A stretch of 63,841 nt of DNA, filler included, from Octopus bimaculoides (Eukaryota): assembly GCF_001194135.2 (NCBI RefSeq). It is 7 parts of 6 records of this genome, joined end to end, with 100 filler letters (N's around TTAATTAATTAA, not from the genome) between each part and the next. Parts side by side here need not be neighbours in the genome. Positions count along the whole stretch, not along the records: positions 62,322 to 63,841 come from NC_068983.1; 6 more parts are not named here. The stretch is one strand, 5' to 3'. Numbering within the stretch: position 1 is the first letter of the stretch; each line of letters begins with the position of its first letter. Below the pieces are notes generated by a model, which did not search any database, was not told where the DNA came from, and saw nothing but the letters and a program-made list of their open reading frames with translations. A program made the position numbers and the translations under genes. Below are positions 62,752 through 63,841 of the stretch, one piece after another.

Positions 62752-63063
62752 CTTCGTCGGTTACGAAGAAGAGGGTCCCAGCTTATACGATCAACGGAGC
62801 AGCTTGCTCGTGAAATTAACGTGCACGTGGCAGAGAATTTCACAGACACGTGTAACGATAACGTAGTTCTCAGAGAGATTCAGCGTGACACAGAGTGTGT
62901 CAAGGCGGGCCCTTTGAAATACAGGTACTACTCATTTTTGCCAGCTAGGTGGACTGAAGTAACGTGAAATAAAATGTCTTGCTCAAACACACACAACGCC
63001 TCGCCGGGAATTGAACTCACGAACTCACGATCGTGAGCCGAAAGCCCTAACCACGCGCCTTCA
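62752..63063 (-). mobile_element. CORE-type SINE family F, full length
   Basis: Collinear with 19836-20130; head CGCGTGGTTAGGGCTTTCGGCTCACGATCGTGAGTTC. Confidence 0.85.
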
Positions 63064-63084
63064 TATACATGCACACACACACGC

Positions 63085-63103
63085 AATAATAATAATGATG
63101 ATG

Positions 63104-63179
<76 letters not shown>

Positions 63180-63212
63180 TGATGATGATGATGATAATAA
63201 TGATAATAATAA
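63085..63212. repeat. (TAA)n/(TGA)n array
   Basis: Direct reading. Confidence 0.95.
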
Positions 63213-63665
63213 ATTGACATGATTATTCCTTGCGATCACAATACAGCGCGAATGAATTTGAGATGATCAGTAAATATAAAGACTTGCTAATAGAAATTGG
63301 AAAAATGTGGCATCTCAGTGGGACTACCATACCAGTGATTGTAGGATCTCTAGGAATGATAAAAAAAAGGTACTGAAATCTATTTGAAAATGATACCAGG
63401 CTTACCATCTCTGCAGGAATTACAAAAGATCGTGTTAACTGGAACGACTCATGTACTAAAAAAGAGTATTATCGCTGTGAAAATAACATCCAATGATAAA
63501 TTTATTTATTTATCAATTTTTTTAGATACATATTTTACCTATGAATTTGCGTGTGTAAACTGAGAATGCAGACAATGAGCTTCTCTGCCCAAGGTGTACG
63601 GAAAACACTCGGCGAGAAATGGAAGAAAATTTGGAGAAAGAAGAAAAAAAAAAACAACACAATAG
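63213..63665 (+). mobile_element. 5'-truncated R4/Dong-type non-LTR retrotransposon (RLE C-terminus plus 3' UTR) between TAA repeats
   Basis: IDMIIPCDHN-(fs)-EFEMISKYKDLLIEIGKMWHLSGTTIPVIVGSLGMIKK-(fs)-GTEIYLKMIPGLPSLQELQKIVLTGTTHVL resembles the R4-clade D..IP.D.N...KE.EK..KY..L..E+..+W......IP+++GALG motif; TAA repeats on both flanks. Confidence 0.82.
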
Positions 63666-63841
63666 TGATAATAATAATAAATAGTAAAAATCATTAATGA
63701 TTTTTATCAAGTGGTCAGCGCGGAAATAAACGTCAGAGGTAAATATTACAAATATTTTATAATTATATACATAATTATAACAAGGGCTTGGCTTGCGCTT
63801 CACCACACACTGAAAAGTAGACGCCAAAACACACTATTACC

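Overview
AT-rich, microsatellite-saturated animal genomic scaffold with many N gaps. The SINE repertoire (tRNA-headed CORE-type SINEs), RTE/Penelope/R4 remnants and simple-repeat load look like a coleoid cephalopod (octopus-type) draft genome; this is inference from repeat content, not a database result. The only intact gene I can support is one tRNA-Leu(AAG) at 60066-60147. Everything with clear protein homology is a decayed transposable element: a full-length DD34D mariner (1283-2527), a Tc1-like element with unusual DD36E spacing (61285-62221), RTE LINE fragments, a Penelope fragment, two R4/Dong-type (restriction-like endonuclease) LINE remnants, one embedded in a (TAA)n array, a Helitron 3' end, hAT and mariner MITEs, and dozens of SINEs. 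Nearly all long ORFs in the supplied track are microsatellite or N-gap artefacts. No complete protein-coding gene can be assembled. A few short exon candidates with canonical splice sites exist (31483-31548, 35098-35130, 36200-36247, 47053-47310, 51353-51414, 58564-58655), and two CpG-depleted domains (about 12.3-29.7 kb and 46.8-54.4 kb) suggest methylated gene bodies. I did not find a convincing wholly new biological system. The best leads are the DD36E transposon, the TAA-targeted Dong-like insertion, a microhomology-mediated inverted duplication, several long hairpins and a possible claudin/PMP22-like split gene.
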